Shown: positions 29,475 through 38,313 of the stretch, in pieces
How positions within the stretch are numbered: position 1 is the stretch's first letter
How the letters are laid out: every line of letters starts with the position of its first letter
NCBI GenBank assembly: GCA_017452665.1
Contig: JAFTLZ010000102.1
Coordinates: forward strand, 1-52,246
Source of the DNA: Clostridia bacterium
GTDB lineage: Bacteria; Bacillota; Clostridia; Oscillospirales; CAG-272
Length of the DNA: 52,246 bases
Reading direction: 5' to 3'
Made by a program: the position numbers and the translations under genes
The notes under the pieces: generated by a model
Told to the model about the DNA's origin: nothing
The model's database searches: none
Seen by the model: the letters and a program-made list of their open reading frames with translations, nothing else

Positions 29475-30836
29475 GTGAAAATACTCATTGCCGGATGCGG
29501 CGACGTTGGAAAAACTTTAGCAAAGCAGCTCTCTGCCGAGGGCTATGATCTGACATTGATGGATGCCGATCCCGAAGTGCTGGAAACAGGTATCGCACGG
29601 TACGATGTCATGACCGTGCAGGGAAACTGCGGCTCTATGGATACGCTCCGCCGCGCGGGTGTCAAAAAGTCCAATCTTCTGATCGCCTGCACGGGAAGCG
29701 ATGAGCTGAATCTGCTCTGCTGCATGACGGCACACACGATGAATCCGCGTCTGCATACCATCGCACGCATTCGTGATCCCGAATATCTGGAGCAGGTTTA
29801 CGCCATGCGGGATGCGTTTGGTATTTCCATGACCTTCAATCCCGAACAGGATGCGGCAACCGAAATGGAGCGCCTGATCAAATATCCGGGCTTTCTCAAG
29901 CGGGAGAGTTTTCTGGGCGGCAGAGTCGAAATTGCAGAGCTGCGGGTGGACGCCGACAGCCGCTTGTGCAATGTGGCGCTGAATCATCTGAGCGGAATCG
30001 TCAAGTGCCAAATTCTGATCTGTGCGGTCCTGCGTGACGGCGTGGCAACCATTCCCGACGGTAACTTCATTTTGGAAGAAGGCGACCGCGTGTTCGTTAC
30101 GGCATCCTCCGACGACCTTTCCATGCTGCTCAAAAGCCTTGGCATTGTGACCCACCGTGTGCGTCGGGTCATGATCGCAGGCGGCGGAACGGTGGCGTAC
30201 TATCTTGCAAAGGGACTGAAAAACAACCGCTCGATCGAAATCGAGGTAATCGAAAAGGATGCCGAGCGTTGCCGTGAACTTGCCGAGCTTTTGCCGCGCG
30301 TCAAGGTCATCAAGGGGGACGCATGCGACCGTGCTCTGCTGGAAAGCGAAGGACTCTCCGCAACGGATACGCTTGTCTCAACAACGGGGCTTGACGAGCT
30401 CAACGTAATTACCTCTCTTTATGGAAGCGGTCGTAAGCTCTCGCAGATCATTACCGTGCTGGACCGTATGGAAAACATTGATTTTATTGCAGATCTGCCG
30501 CTCGGTAGCGTCATCTCTCCCAGCAAGCTTTGTTGTAATACCATCGTGCGTTATGTCCGCGCCATGCAAAAGCAGGCAGGCGCCGCCGTAACCATCCACA
30601 CCATTGCCGACGGTCGTGCCGAGGCGATCGAATTTCCCGTGGATCTCAAAACGCGCTTCCGCAATACGCCGCTCAAGCAAATCAAGCTGCGCTCCAACAT
30701 CCGTCTGGCGTGCATCGCACGCGGAAACGAGATCATCATCCCCAACGGCGATTCCTATTTTGCCGAGGGGGACAGCGTTGTTGTCGTTGTCAGCGGCGGC
30801 ACCGTCGTTTTGAATCTGAACGACATTTTCGATTGA
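29475..30836 (+). CDS. trkA: Trk potassium uptake system, NAD-binding subunit
   Basis: Two RCK_N (GCGDVGK, GGGTVAYYL) plus RCK_C modules, 453 aa. Confidence 0.9.
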   Translation: MKILIAGCGDVGKTLAKQLSAEGYDLTLMDADPEVLETGIARYDVMTVQGNCGSMDTLRRAGVKKSNLLIACTGSDELNLLCCMTAHTMNPRLHTIARIRDPEYLEQVYAMRDAFGISMTFNPEQDAATEMERLIKYPGFLKRESFLGGRVEIAELRVDADSRLCNVALNHLSGIVKCQILICAVLRDGVATIPDGNFILEEGDRVFVTASSDDLSMLLKSLGIVTHRVRRVMIAGGGTVAYYLAKGLKNNRSIEIEVIEKDAERCRELAELLPRVKVIKGDACDRALLESEGLSATDTLVSTTGLDELNVITSLYGSGRKLSQIITVLDRMENIDFIADLPLGSVISPSKLCCNTIVRYVRAMQKQAGAAVTIHTIADGRAEAIEFPVDLKTRFRNTPLKQIKLRSNIRLACIARGNEIIIPNGDSYFAEGDSVVVVVSGGTVVLNLNDIFD

Positions 30837-30860
30837 TTCTGGCAGAAAGGTTTTTCGGAT

Positions 30861-32336
30861 ATGAATTATAAAATGATGTTTCGCTTCTATGCGTTGGTGT
30901 GCCTTTTGGAGGGGGTTTTTCTCATTCCTTCGCTTTGCATCGGCATCGCAGACGGAACACAGCGCACCGCACTTGGCTTTGCTGTAACGATGATGCTGTC
31001 CTGGGGGCTGGCCTTGCTGTTCAAGCTTCTCTCGCGCAACGCTCCAAAAGACTTTTTCGCGCGTGAGGGCTTTATCTGCGTTGCTTCCGCTTGGATTCTT
31101 TTGAGTCTGATCGGTGCACTCCCGTTTTTCTTTTCGGGCGAGATCCCCAATTATATCGACGCACTGTTTGAAACCGTGTCCGGCTTTACCACTACGGGGG
31201 CCTCAATTCTGGGTAACGTCGAGGCACTTTCCCGTGCTTGTCTGTATTGGCGGAGCTTTAGCCACTGGATCGGCGGTATGGGTGTTTTGGTCTTTTTGCT
31301 TGCATTGGTACCTGCAGGAGGGAAGAACGAGGGCTTTACCATGCACCTGTTCCGTGCCGAAAGCCCCGGCCCTGAGGTTGGCAAGCTGGTCCCAAAGTTG
31401 AGACAAACTGCGGCAATGCTGTACATTACCTATCTTGTACTGACCGTTCTGAATTTTATTTTCCTGATGCTTGGCGATATCCCGGTGTTTGAAGCCGTTT
31501 GTACAACGCTCGGAACGGCGGGAACCGGCGGCTTCGGTATCAAAAATGACAGCATGGCAAGCTACAGCCCCTATATTCAAAACGTGACCACCGTGTTTAT
31601 GCTACTGTTCGGAGTCAACTTCAGTTGTTATTATCTTCTCATTTTGCGGCAGTTCCGTGCGGTTTTTCGCGACGAGGAGCTGCGGATGTATCTTTGCATC
31701 GTAGTAGCTTCCGTTTTGCTGATCACTTGGAACATCAGCTCCATGTATTCCTCCGTTGGAGAAGCCTTGCGCCACGCGGCATTCCAGGTAGCAAGCATCA
31801 TCTCTACATCCGGATTTTCCAGCACGGATTTTGATCTTTGGCCTTCGTTTTCCAAAGGGATTTTAATGCTTTTGATGGTTACCGGCGCCTGCGCGGGAAG
31901 TACCTGTGGCGGAATGAAGTGCGCACGTGTGCTTTTGTTGCTCAAGGGCTTGCGCCGCAATATCTCCAATCTTCTTCATCCGCAGAGAGTGCAGTCGGTC
32001 CGCGTCAACGACCGTGTGATAGACGAAAAGGTGATGGCAAACACCAACGCCTATCTTTCGGCATACGTCGTCATCCTGATCGGCAGCTTTTTGCTGATTT
32101 CACTCGATGAGTTTTCCATCGCCACCAACTTTACCGCGGTGCTCACCTGCTTCAACAATGTCGGCCCCGGCTTTGAGGGCGTAGGACCGATGATGAACTT
32201 TGGTGCATTCAGTTATTTTTCCAAGCTGATCCTGATTTTTGATATGCTTGCGGGACGCTTGGAGATCTTCCCAATGCTACTGCTGTTTTCGGGGTCATTG
32301 CCTCACAAACGCCGGTGCGTCGCCCGCACAGCGTAA
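30861..32336 (+). CDS. trkH: Trk potassium uptake system, membrane subunit
   Basis: Polytopic protein with TrkH selectivity-filter-like SGFTTTGAS and GTAGTGGFG. Confidence 0.9.
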   Translation: MNYKMMFRFYALVCLLEGVFLIPSLCIGIADGTQRTALGFAVTMMLSWGLALLFKLLSRNAPKDFFAREGFICVASAWILLSLIGALPFFFSGEIPNYIDALFETVSGFTTTGASILGNVEALSRACLYWRSFSHWIGGMGVLVFLLALVPAGGKNEGFTMHLFRAESPGPEVGKLVPKLRQTAAMLYITYLVLTVLNFIFLMLGDIPVFEAVCTTLGTAGTGGFGIKNDSMASYSPYIQNVTTVFMLLFGVNFSCYYLLILRQFRAVFRDEELRMYLCIVVASVLLITWNISSMYSSVGEALRHAAFQVASIISTSGFSSTDFDLWPSFSKGILMLLMVTGACAGSTCGGMKCARVLLLLKGLRRNISNLLHPQRVQSVRVNDRVIDEKVMANTNAYLSAYVVILIGSFLLISLDEFSIATNFTAVLTCFNNVGPGFEGVGPMMNFGAFSYFSKLILIFDMLAGRLEIFPMLLLFSGSLPHKRRCVARTA

Positions 32337-32361
32337 AATGATAAACGGAACGGAGATAAAA

Positions 32362-33783
32362 ATGGAACAGATTCAAAAACGTACAACCAATACCGCACGC
32401 CGTGACGTGGATATGACGCAGGGAAGCATTTGGCGTCATTTGCTGGTCTTTGCGTTTCCCTTGTTGCTGGGCAATATTTTTCAACAGTTGTATAATATGG
32501 TGGATACCTGGGTGGTTGGAAACTACGTCAGCAACGAGGCGTTTTCCGCCGTCGGCTCGGTTGGCTCTATCATCAATATGCTCATCGGCTTTTTCGGTGG
32601 ACTTGCCAGCGGCGCGGGTGCGGTGATTTCGCAGTACTACGGTGCAAAAAAGAACGACCGCGTCAGCGATACCGTGCACACCGCAATCGTAATGACCTTG
32701 ATTCTCGGCGTGGTGCTCACCGTCATCGGTTTGGCAATCACTCCGCTGATGCTGAATCTGATGAATACGCCGGATAGTGTGTTCGACGATTCCAAAACCT
32801 ATCTTTCCATCTATTTTTCCGGGATTCTCGGACTCATGCTCTACAATATGGGCGCAGGAATTTTGCGAGCCGTGGGAGACTCCCGACGTCCGTTCTATTT
32901 TCTTGTGGTCTCCGCACTGATCAATACCGGACTGGATCTGCTCTTCGTCCTGGTGTTTGGCATGGGTGTTGGCGGCGTTGCTTTGGCAACCATCATCGCA
33001 CAAGGTGTTTCCGCTGTTCTGGTCCTCCTCACGCTTTTGCGGAGTGATTCCTGCATTCGCCTGCAATTTAACAGGCTACGGCTTCATTTTGATATTTTAA
33101 AGGATATCGTCAAAATCGGAATTCCCGCCGCTCTGCAAATGGCGGTTACGGCGTTTTCCAACGTGTTCGTGCAATCCTACATCAACAATTTCGGCCCCGA
33201 CGGTATGTCCGGCTGGACTGCGTACGCAAAGATCGACCAGCTGATCCTTTTGCCCATGCAATCGGTTTCGCTGGCTTCCACCACGTTTGTGGCGCAAAAT
33301 CTCGGCAGTCGACAGGAAGCACGTGCCAGACGCGGCGTGCGCGATGCACTCTTGATCTCCATCGCAACCACCGTCCTCTGTATGATCCCCGTCATTCTGT
33401 TTGCGCCCACCTTCGTCGCTTTCTTCAACAGCAAGGCGGAGGTCATCTCGCTTGGTGCTCTGCTGTTGCGTTGGATCTCTCCGTTCTACGTGCTGTGCTG
33501 TGTCAACCAGATCTACGCCGGTGCCTTGCGTGGAGCAGGGAACAGCCGTTCTTCGATGATCATCATGCTTTGCTCCTTCGTCGTATTCCGTCAGATCTTT
33601 TTGTACGTCCTGACGAATGGGGTCATTCCGTATTTGCAAAGCATCATGGAGCTGACCGTAGAATCGCGCTATATCTTAACGGCAATGAGCTATCCCGCAG
33701 GCTGGCTTCTTGCCACCGTCCTGATTTCCGTTTACTACCACCACACTAAATTTACCAAAACGGCAATCATAAAAGAGAATTAA
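32362..33783 (+). CDS. MATE family efflux transporter
   Basis: 12-TM protein with typical MATE N-terminus (IWRHLLVFAFPLLLGNIFQQLYNMVDTWVVG). GGAG RBS before the ATG at 32362. Confidence 0.9.
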   Translation: MEQIQKRTTNTARRDVDMTQGSIWRHLLVFAFPLLLGNIFQQLYNMVDTWVVGNYVSNEAFSAVGSVGSIINMLIGFFGGLASGAGAVISQYYGAKKNDRVSDTVHTAIVMTLILGVVLTVIGLAITPLMLNLMNTPDSVFDDSKTYLSIYFSGILGLMLYNMGAGILRAVGDSRRPFYFLVVSALINTGLDLLFVLVFGMGVGGVALATIIAQGVSAVLVLLTLLRSDSCIRLQFNRLRLHFDILKDIVKIGIPAALQMAVTAFSNVFVQSYINNFGPDGMSGWTAYAKIDQLILLPMQSVSLASTTFVAQNLGSRQEARARRGVRDALLISIATTVLCMIPVILFAPTFVAFFNSKAEVISLGALLLRWISPFYVLCCVNQIYAGALRGAGNSRSSMIIMLCSFVVFRQIFLYVLTNGVIPYLQSIMELTVESRYILTAMSYPAGWLLATVLISVYYHHTKFTKTAIIKEN

Positions 33784-33794
33784 ATGAAAAAAAC

Positions 33795-33836
33795 GCATGG
33801 CAACCTACTTTAAAGCAAGTTGCCATGCAGTTTTTT
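33795..33836. terminator. Terminator hairpin between convergent genes
   Basis: GCATGGCAAC (33795-33804) pairs with GTTGCCATGC (33819-33828), followed by AGTTTTTT. Confidence 0.65.
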
Positions 33837-34971
33837 AACGCTTTCCGCCATTCGGCTTAAAATACTGATAAAGATTGCAGGGGATCATCCCGTTGTAAAG
33901 CTTGCGGATCTTGTCGGCGCGGCGGCCGTAAAAATGCTCGAATTTCGGGTGCGAGGTGATGATATAGATCTGCCACGGCGAGAGCGTAGCAAACACGCGT
34001 CCCATGTCGCGGTAAAGCTCTTCCGCTTCCGCAGGCGTCATCAATCGCTCTCCGTAGGGAGGATTGCAAACAATCGTTCCGCGGCGTCCCTCCGGCTTTT
34101 TCAAATCGCGCACGTCCGCCTGAAAAATGTTCAAATGCTCCTCCACACCGGCACGCAGCGCGTTTTCGTACACCGTGTCCAAAATATCTTCGTCAATGTC
34201 CGAGGCATACACCTCGTAGGCAGCGTCGGTCTTGATCTCCGATTGCGCACGCTCTCGCGCTTCCTGCCACATCTGCGGGGGGATTTGCGGGAACGCCTCT
34301 GCGGCAAAGCTCCTGCCAAGCCCGGGCGCGCGGTTTTCCAAAATCATAGCCGCCTCAATGGCAATGGTGCCGGAGCCGCACATCGGATCCCAAAACAGCA
34401 CGTCCTCCCGTGGGCGCGAGGTCAACGCCAGGGCAGCTGCCAGCGTCTCACGCAACGGAGCAGGTCCGGCCGCAGGACGGTATCCACGCTTGTGGAGCGG
34501 AATTCCGGAGGTGTCCAGCATCAAGCAGGCAACGTCTTTAAAAATGAAAAATTCGATCTGATATTTCACACCGCTTTCGGCAAACCAGCGGATGCCATAA
34601 TGTGCAGAAAGCCGCTCGACCACCGCTTTTTTGATAATGCTCTGGCAATCGGGAACCGAGTAAAGCTTGCTTTTGATCGCGTGCCCCTTGACCGGGAATG
34701 CATCCTCCCGCCCAATCCAATTCTCCCATGCAATCGCCTTCACGCCGTCAAACAGTTCCGTAAAGCTCGTGGCGGGAAAGGCGGCAAGCTTGATAAACAC
34801 GTGCTCGGCACAGCGCAAGCCAATGTTTGCGTGTGCAACGTCTGCAAGCTCGCCTTCAAAGGTCACGCGCCCGTCCATGGTGTCCAGACGTTTCAGCCCC
34901 AGCGCATCAATTTCTTCACCCAATAATTTTTCCAACCCGAACAAGCAGGTGGCAACCAATTCCATTTTCAT
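33835..34971 (-). CDS. THUMP-domain class I SAM-dependent RNA methyltransferase
   Basis: N-terminal THUMP-like region, DPMCGSGTI (motif I) and NPPYGER (motif IV). Confidence 0.85.
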   Translation of the reverse strand: MKMELVATCLFGLEKLLGEEIDALGLKRLDTMDGRVTFEGELADVAHANIGLRCAEHVFIKLAAFPATSFTELFDGVKAIAWENWIGREDAFPVKGHAIKSKLYSVPDCQSIIKKAVVERLSAHYGIRWFAESGVKYQIEFFIFKDVACLMLDTSGIPLHKRGYRPAAGPAPLRETLAAALALTSRPREDVLFWDPMCGSGTIAIEAAMILENRAPGLGRSFAAEAFPQIPPQMWQEARERAQSEIKTDAAYEVYASDIDEDILDTVYENALRAGVEEHLNIFQADVRDLKKPEGRRGTIVCNPPYGERLMTPAEAEELYRDMGRVFATLSPWQIYIITSHPKFEHFYGRRADKIRKLYNGMIPCNLYQYFKPNGGKR

Positions 34972-35120
34972 ATATACTCTCCAAAAAGTTGTTCCCATCT
35001 ATTATACTATTTCGGCAAAAAAATGTCAATAAGGCTCTTGCAATTTTTCAAAAAATCGTGTATAATAGTATATTATTACTTTTGTAAGTCAAAGCATCGC
35101 AACAGAAAGGATCAAGTGCT

Positions 35121-36197
35121 ATGAGTAAAATGAAAGTCGGCGTCATCGGCGCTACGGGAATGGTAGGTCAGCGTTTTTTGACGCTCCTTGCCGACCATCC
35201 GTATTTTGAGGTTTCGGTTTTGGCAGCATCCGCGCGCTCCGCAGGAAAAACCTATGAGGAGGCAGTTGGCGACCGCTGGAAGATGACCACCCCCATGTCC
35301 GAACAGTTCAAGAGCATGGTCGTCGTGGACGCGGCAGATATCGCAAAGGTCGGGGAGCAATGCTCCTTCGTGTTCTGCGCCGTCGATATGAAAAAGGAAG
35401 AGATCCGTGCCCTGGAGGAGGCGTATGCCAAGGCGGAGATCCCCGTGGTCTCCAATAACTCCGCAAACCGCTGGACGCCGGACGTTCCGATGGTCATCCC
35501 GGAGATCAACGACGCACACCTTGAGGTCATTGCCGCACAGCGCAAGAGATTGGGAACCAAGCGGGGTTTTATCGCTGTTAAGCCCAACTGTTCCATCCAG
35601 TCCTATGTTCCCGCGCTGACGCCTCTGCTCAAATACGGCATCAAGGAGGTCGTCGCCACCACCTACCAGGCAATTTCGGGAGCCGGCAAAACCTTCCGTG
35701 AGTGGCCCGAAATGGTCGATAACGTGATTCCTTACATCGGCGGCGAGGAAGAGAAGAGCGAGCAGGAGCCCCTGCGCGTTTGGGGACACGTAGAGAACGG
35801 CGAGATCGTCAAGGCAGCGGCACCGCTCATCACCACGCAGTGCATCCGCGTGCCCGTAACCGACGGTCACACTGCAGCTGTGTTTGTGCGCTTTGAAAAC
35901 AAGCCCACTAAGGAAGAAATTCTGGACGCATGGAAGAACTTTTCCGGCAAGCCGCAGGCGCTGGAGCTGCCGCACGCACCCAAGCAGTTCATCACCTATT
36001 TTGAAGAGGACAACCGCCCGCAGGTCAAGCTCGACCGTGATATCTACGGCGGCATGGGCGTTACGGTAGGTCGCCTGCGCGAGGACACCCTGTTTGACTA
36101 TAAGTTTGTGGGACTTTCCCACAACACACTCCGCGGAGCGGCAGGAGGCGCAGTTCTGATCGCAGAATTGCTCTACCGCGAGGGCTACTTCAACTAA
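35121..36197 (+). CDS. asd: Aspartate-semialdehyde dehydrogenase
   Basis: GATGMVGQRF NAD(P) motif, active-site NCSIQ, 358 aa. Confidence 0.95.
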   Translation: MSKMKVGVIGATGMVGQRFLTLLADHPYFEVSVLAASARSAGKTYEEAVGDRWKMTTPMSEQFKSMVVVDAADIAKVGEQCSFVFCAVDMKKEEIRALEEAYAKAEIPVVSNNSANRWTPDVPMVIPEINDAHLEVIAAQRKRLGTKRGFIAVKPNCSIQSYVPALTPLLKYGIKEVVATTYQAISGAGKTFREWPEMVDNVIPYIGGEEEKSEQEPLRVWGHVENGEIVKAAAPLITTQCIRVPVTDGHTAAVFVRFENKPTKEEILDAWKNFSGKPQALELPHAPKQFITYFEEDNRPQVKLDRDIYGGMGVTVGRLREDTLFDYKFVGLSHNTLRGAAGGAVLIAELLYREGYFN

Positions 36198-36216
36198 CAA
36201 AATCCAAAATAGCCCC

Positions 36217-36255
36217 CCCGCCAACCACTTTCGCAGTTGGCGGGTTTTCTATTTT
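36217..36255 (+). terminator. asd terminator = island hairpin copy 1
   Basis: 9-bp GC-rich stem (36217-36225 / 36236-36244) followed by TTTTCTATTTT. Confidence 0.75.
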
Positions 36256-36294
36256 GCACAAAAACAGTGCGCTGATTTTGTTGTGTTTTGCATA

Positions 36295-36323
36295 TTGACA
36301 CCATTTTACCTGTATGGTATAAT
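36295..36323 (+). promoter_or_regulatory. Cassette 1 promoter
   Basis: TTGACA (36295-36300), 17-nt spacer, TGG-TATAAT (36318-36323). Confidence 0.75.
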
Positions 36324-36434
36324 AAAATTGCAGATGGCGCGCTGGTTATCCTCTCAATTTTTACTACTACTATTATTATTGGTGAAGTTGTTGTGATATC
36401 CGGTAGCGTTATTAAGTTGTTTGAATAGGAAGGA

Positions 36435-36626
36435 ATGGCTATGAGAAAAATATATTTATTTAATTGTATTGTTTTAGCTTTCAATATTATTCTTTCTATC
36501 ATATCAATTCTTCTTTGTAAGGCGAACGTGTTTCATTATATTGCTTTGGTTGCGTTAGTTATTGCGTTGATTTGTGTTATAGTCCAAATAAAGAAAGATA
36601 AAAAAAGCCAGCAAGGAGAATCCTAA
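36435..36626 (+). CDS. Small membrane protein (63 aa)
   Basis: Two hydrophobic helices and a basic tail. AGGAAGG RBS. Its stop overlaps the next start (TAATG). Confidence 0.65.
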   Translation: MAMRKIYLFNCIVLAFNIILSIISILLCKANVFHYIALVALVIALICVIVQIKKDKKSQQGES

Positions 36627-37249
36627 TGAAATATGTTGTATATATCATTTTGTTTTTCTGTGCCGGCTTTTTGTTTTTGCCTCGAACCGGAACCACAGAG
36701 ATCCGCAATCAACCTCTTCTAATACTGATTCTTTCACTCATTCTGATCTTGATTTTGATTCGTTTCTTCAAATACGTTGTCTTAATGGCAAAAACACAAA
36801 AATTACTCAAAAAGCATAGGACTAAGCTGATAAAAATCAAGTTTTTTCCATGGACTTCGCGCTTTCACGGTCATTACAGTATTACTTTTCAACACGAAAA
36901 GCAAACGGTTCAGCTCGTTCTTCTATCCCGAAAAAAGAAATACCAGCGGTACCATTTTGAACGTATAGATCGGTTGGAATTTTACCGGGCAAACCGAGTT
37001 GTTTTCAAGAGTACCCAAAAATTGGGAGGTATCATCTCCAACCTTGTAGAAATCAATCAGGTTGGCAAACAAAGGATAAAATGGGAAGATTCTGCAGAAC
37101 TCCGCATCGTTCTTTTTGATAAGCTACCGGATCTGATAACGGATTCCGTAAAAAAAGAACCCCTTGGCGTAGGCGATCGGATATGCGCATCCGATAGTTA
37201 TGTATTGGATTGGAGCTCGTTATCCAAACATATCCATGCAGATAAATAA
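36626..37249 (+). CDS. Hypothetical protein, N-terminal TM hairpin plus basic soluble domain
   Basis: 207 aa, AAGGAG RBS, translationally coupled to the preceding ORF. Confidence 0.75.
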   Translation: MKYVVYIILFFCAGFLFLPRTGTTEIRNQPLLILILSLILILILIRFFKYVVLMAKTQKLLKKHRTKLIKIKFFPWTSRFHGHYSITFQHEKQTVQLVLLSRKKKYQRYHFERIDRLEFYRANRVVFKSTQKLGGIISNLVEINQVGKQRIKWEDSAELRIVLFDKLPDLITDSVKKEPLGVGDRICASDSYVLDWSSLSKHIHADK

Positions 37250-37294
37250 CAATTTCTACTCAATAAAATCTAAATTTGAAAGGCGGTGTTTTAT

Positions 37295-37831
37295 ATGAAG
37301 AACGCAATGGTACTAATTCTGTTTTTGTCGTTGTGCTTGTTTGGCTCATGTGCTACAGGAGGATATAATTTGAGCAGTGAAGTATCTTCGCCTGATAAAA
37401 AACTAACGGATTTAGCATCTAAAACATATGATGATTCAACGCTGTTGGATATTGTAAATTTTGATGGCTCAAGCGATGAGTTGAACGTTTTATATCCGAT
37501 TGAATGTGTAAGAAAACTTGATGATATTTATCGAGTATCATATCTTGGCGAAGATAGTGTTGCGGTTCTTTTATTTGACAATTCAGGCAATAAATTGTCC
37601 GGAACAATCTACGACAATCAAAAGTCAAAATCAGACTTTGCTGAATTGGAAAAAGGACAGTCTCTACAAAAAGTAAGAGAGCTTGATCCAAACGGAGCAT
37701 ATATATTCCTTTACACCGGAAGTGTTGATACTCCCAAAATCTCTTCGCACTACACGAATGACGGTTATTTAATTACCATCGAATACGACGCTTCAAATAT
37801 AATCACAAGCATATGTGAAGAACTGATTTGA
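37295..37831 (+). CDS. Hypothetical lipoprotein
   Basis: Signal peptide MKNAMVLILFLSLCLFGSC with lipobox, 178 aa. Confidence 0.75.
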   Translation: MKNAMVLILFLSLCLFGSCATGGYNLSSEVSSPDKKLTDLASKTYDDSTLLDIVNFDGSSDELNVLYPIECVRKLDDIYRVSYLGEDSVAVLLFDNSGNKLSGTIYDNQKSKSDFAELEKGQSLQKVRELDPNGAYIFLYTGSVDTPKISSHYTNDGYLITIEYDASNIITSICEELI

Positions 37832-37853
37832 TTTATGAATCGGCATCAAATGT

Positions 37854-37885
37854 CTCCCGCCAACCACTTCCGTGGTTGGCGGGAG
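37854..37885. repeat. Island hairpin copy (14-bp stem, loop TTCC)
   Basis: CTCCCGCCAACCAC (37854-37867) pairs with GTGGTTGGCGGGAG (37872-37885). No T-run follows. Confidence 0.85.
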
Positions 37886-37925
37886 CAGACTGTAGACAAA
37901 ACAACCGGCTTTCGTCAGTTTGAAG

Positions 37926-38088
37926 AAAAGTTTTGGTCGAGCTTTTTCAAAAGCTCGCGCAGTGGAGGGCGCGGAGCCATCCTCGCCCTTCGCAGAGGGC
38001 GAAATAGCCTCTTTATGGCGCTTTTCTTTTTGCCAAGCTTTTTCTTTTGCGCCTTCTTGGTCAAAAGAAAAAGCGGCACTAACAAATT
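37926..38088 (+). ncRNA. Structured multi-hairpin repeat element, copy A (function unknown; ncRNA or MITE/REP-like)
   Basis: Hairpins at 37938-37957, 37984-38001 and 38037-38074 (12-bp stem). A homologous inverted copy lies at 47948-48097, with compensatory changes in two stems. Confidence 0.5.
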
Positions 38089-38122
38089 TGTGCAATATTA
38101 CAAATTGAATACCTTTGGTCTA

Positions 38123-38168
38123 CAACCAGCTCCCGCCAACCACAGAAGTGGTTGGCGGGAGCTGGTTG
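38123..38168. repeat. Island hairpin copy (perfect 21-bp stem, loop AGAA)
   Basis: CAACCAGCTCCCGCCAACCAC (38123-38143) pairs with GTGGTTGGCGGGAGCTGGTTG (38148-38168). Confidence 0.9.
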
Positions 38169-38226
38169 CATCGTATAAAGTAAAAAACGAATCGGTAAGA
38201 CCATAAATGAAGTCGTCACGGTGCTC

Positions 38227-38255
38227 TTGACAGTTTTTTTGAATTATGGTATAAT
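38227..38255 (+). promoter_or_regulatory. Cassette 2 promoter
   Basis: TTGACA (38227-38232), 17-nt spacer, TGG-TATAAT (38250-38255). Confidence 0.7.
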
Positions 38256-38313
38256 ACAGATGTATATGTGTCAATACCTACAGATCAGACAAACGGTTCG
38301 GGAGGTGATTTCT

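Larger units (their letters stand above)
36217..36336 (+). repeat. Hairpin + promoter module, copy 1
   Basis: CCCGCCAAC-N10-GTTGGCGGG, TTTTCTATTTTGCACAAAAA..., TTGACA-N17-TGGTATAAT. About 90% identical by eye to copy 2 (38899-39017). Confidence 0.9.

Noticed and set aside
36363-36381. (TAC)3(TAT)3 trinucleotide run in the cassette 1 leader, as a possible phase-variation tract.
   Set aside because: It is too short and heterogeneous for efficient slippage, and it lies in an untranslated region or a dubious micro-ORF.
36334-36396. Near-leaderless micro-ORFs starting 11 nt after the module -10. One encodes the 20-aa MARWLSSQFLLLLLLLVKLL with seven consecutive Leu codons (36334-36396). The other encodes 14 aa (39015-39059).
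   Set aside because: Only the ATG position is shared between module copies. The peptides are unrelated, copy 3 has no ATG there, and no attenuator-like terminator follows. This is probably fortuitous, although a small hydrophobic peptide cannot be excluded.
36194-36502. Minus-strand ORFs 36194-36502, 38812-39072 and 40171-40392 encode mutually similar peptides (…LLYHT.KM.SICK.QQNQR.VFVQNRKPAN..SGWR…).
   Set aside because: The similarity is just the translated hairpin + promoter module. They run antisense through a terminator and a consensus promoter and lack RBSs.
37793-38206. ORFs across the structured element (37793-38095 minus, 37835-38206 plus, 37920-38108 plus, and 47945-48163 minus) share FFLPSFFFCA..VKRKSG.
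   Set aside because: The substitutions between the two copies preserve base pairing rather than amino-acid sequence. There are no RBSs, and the ORFs overlap in several frames.
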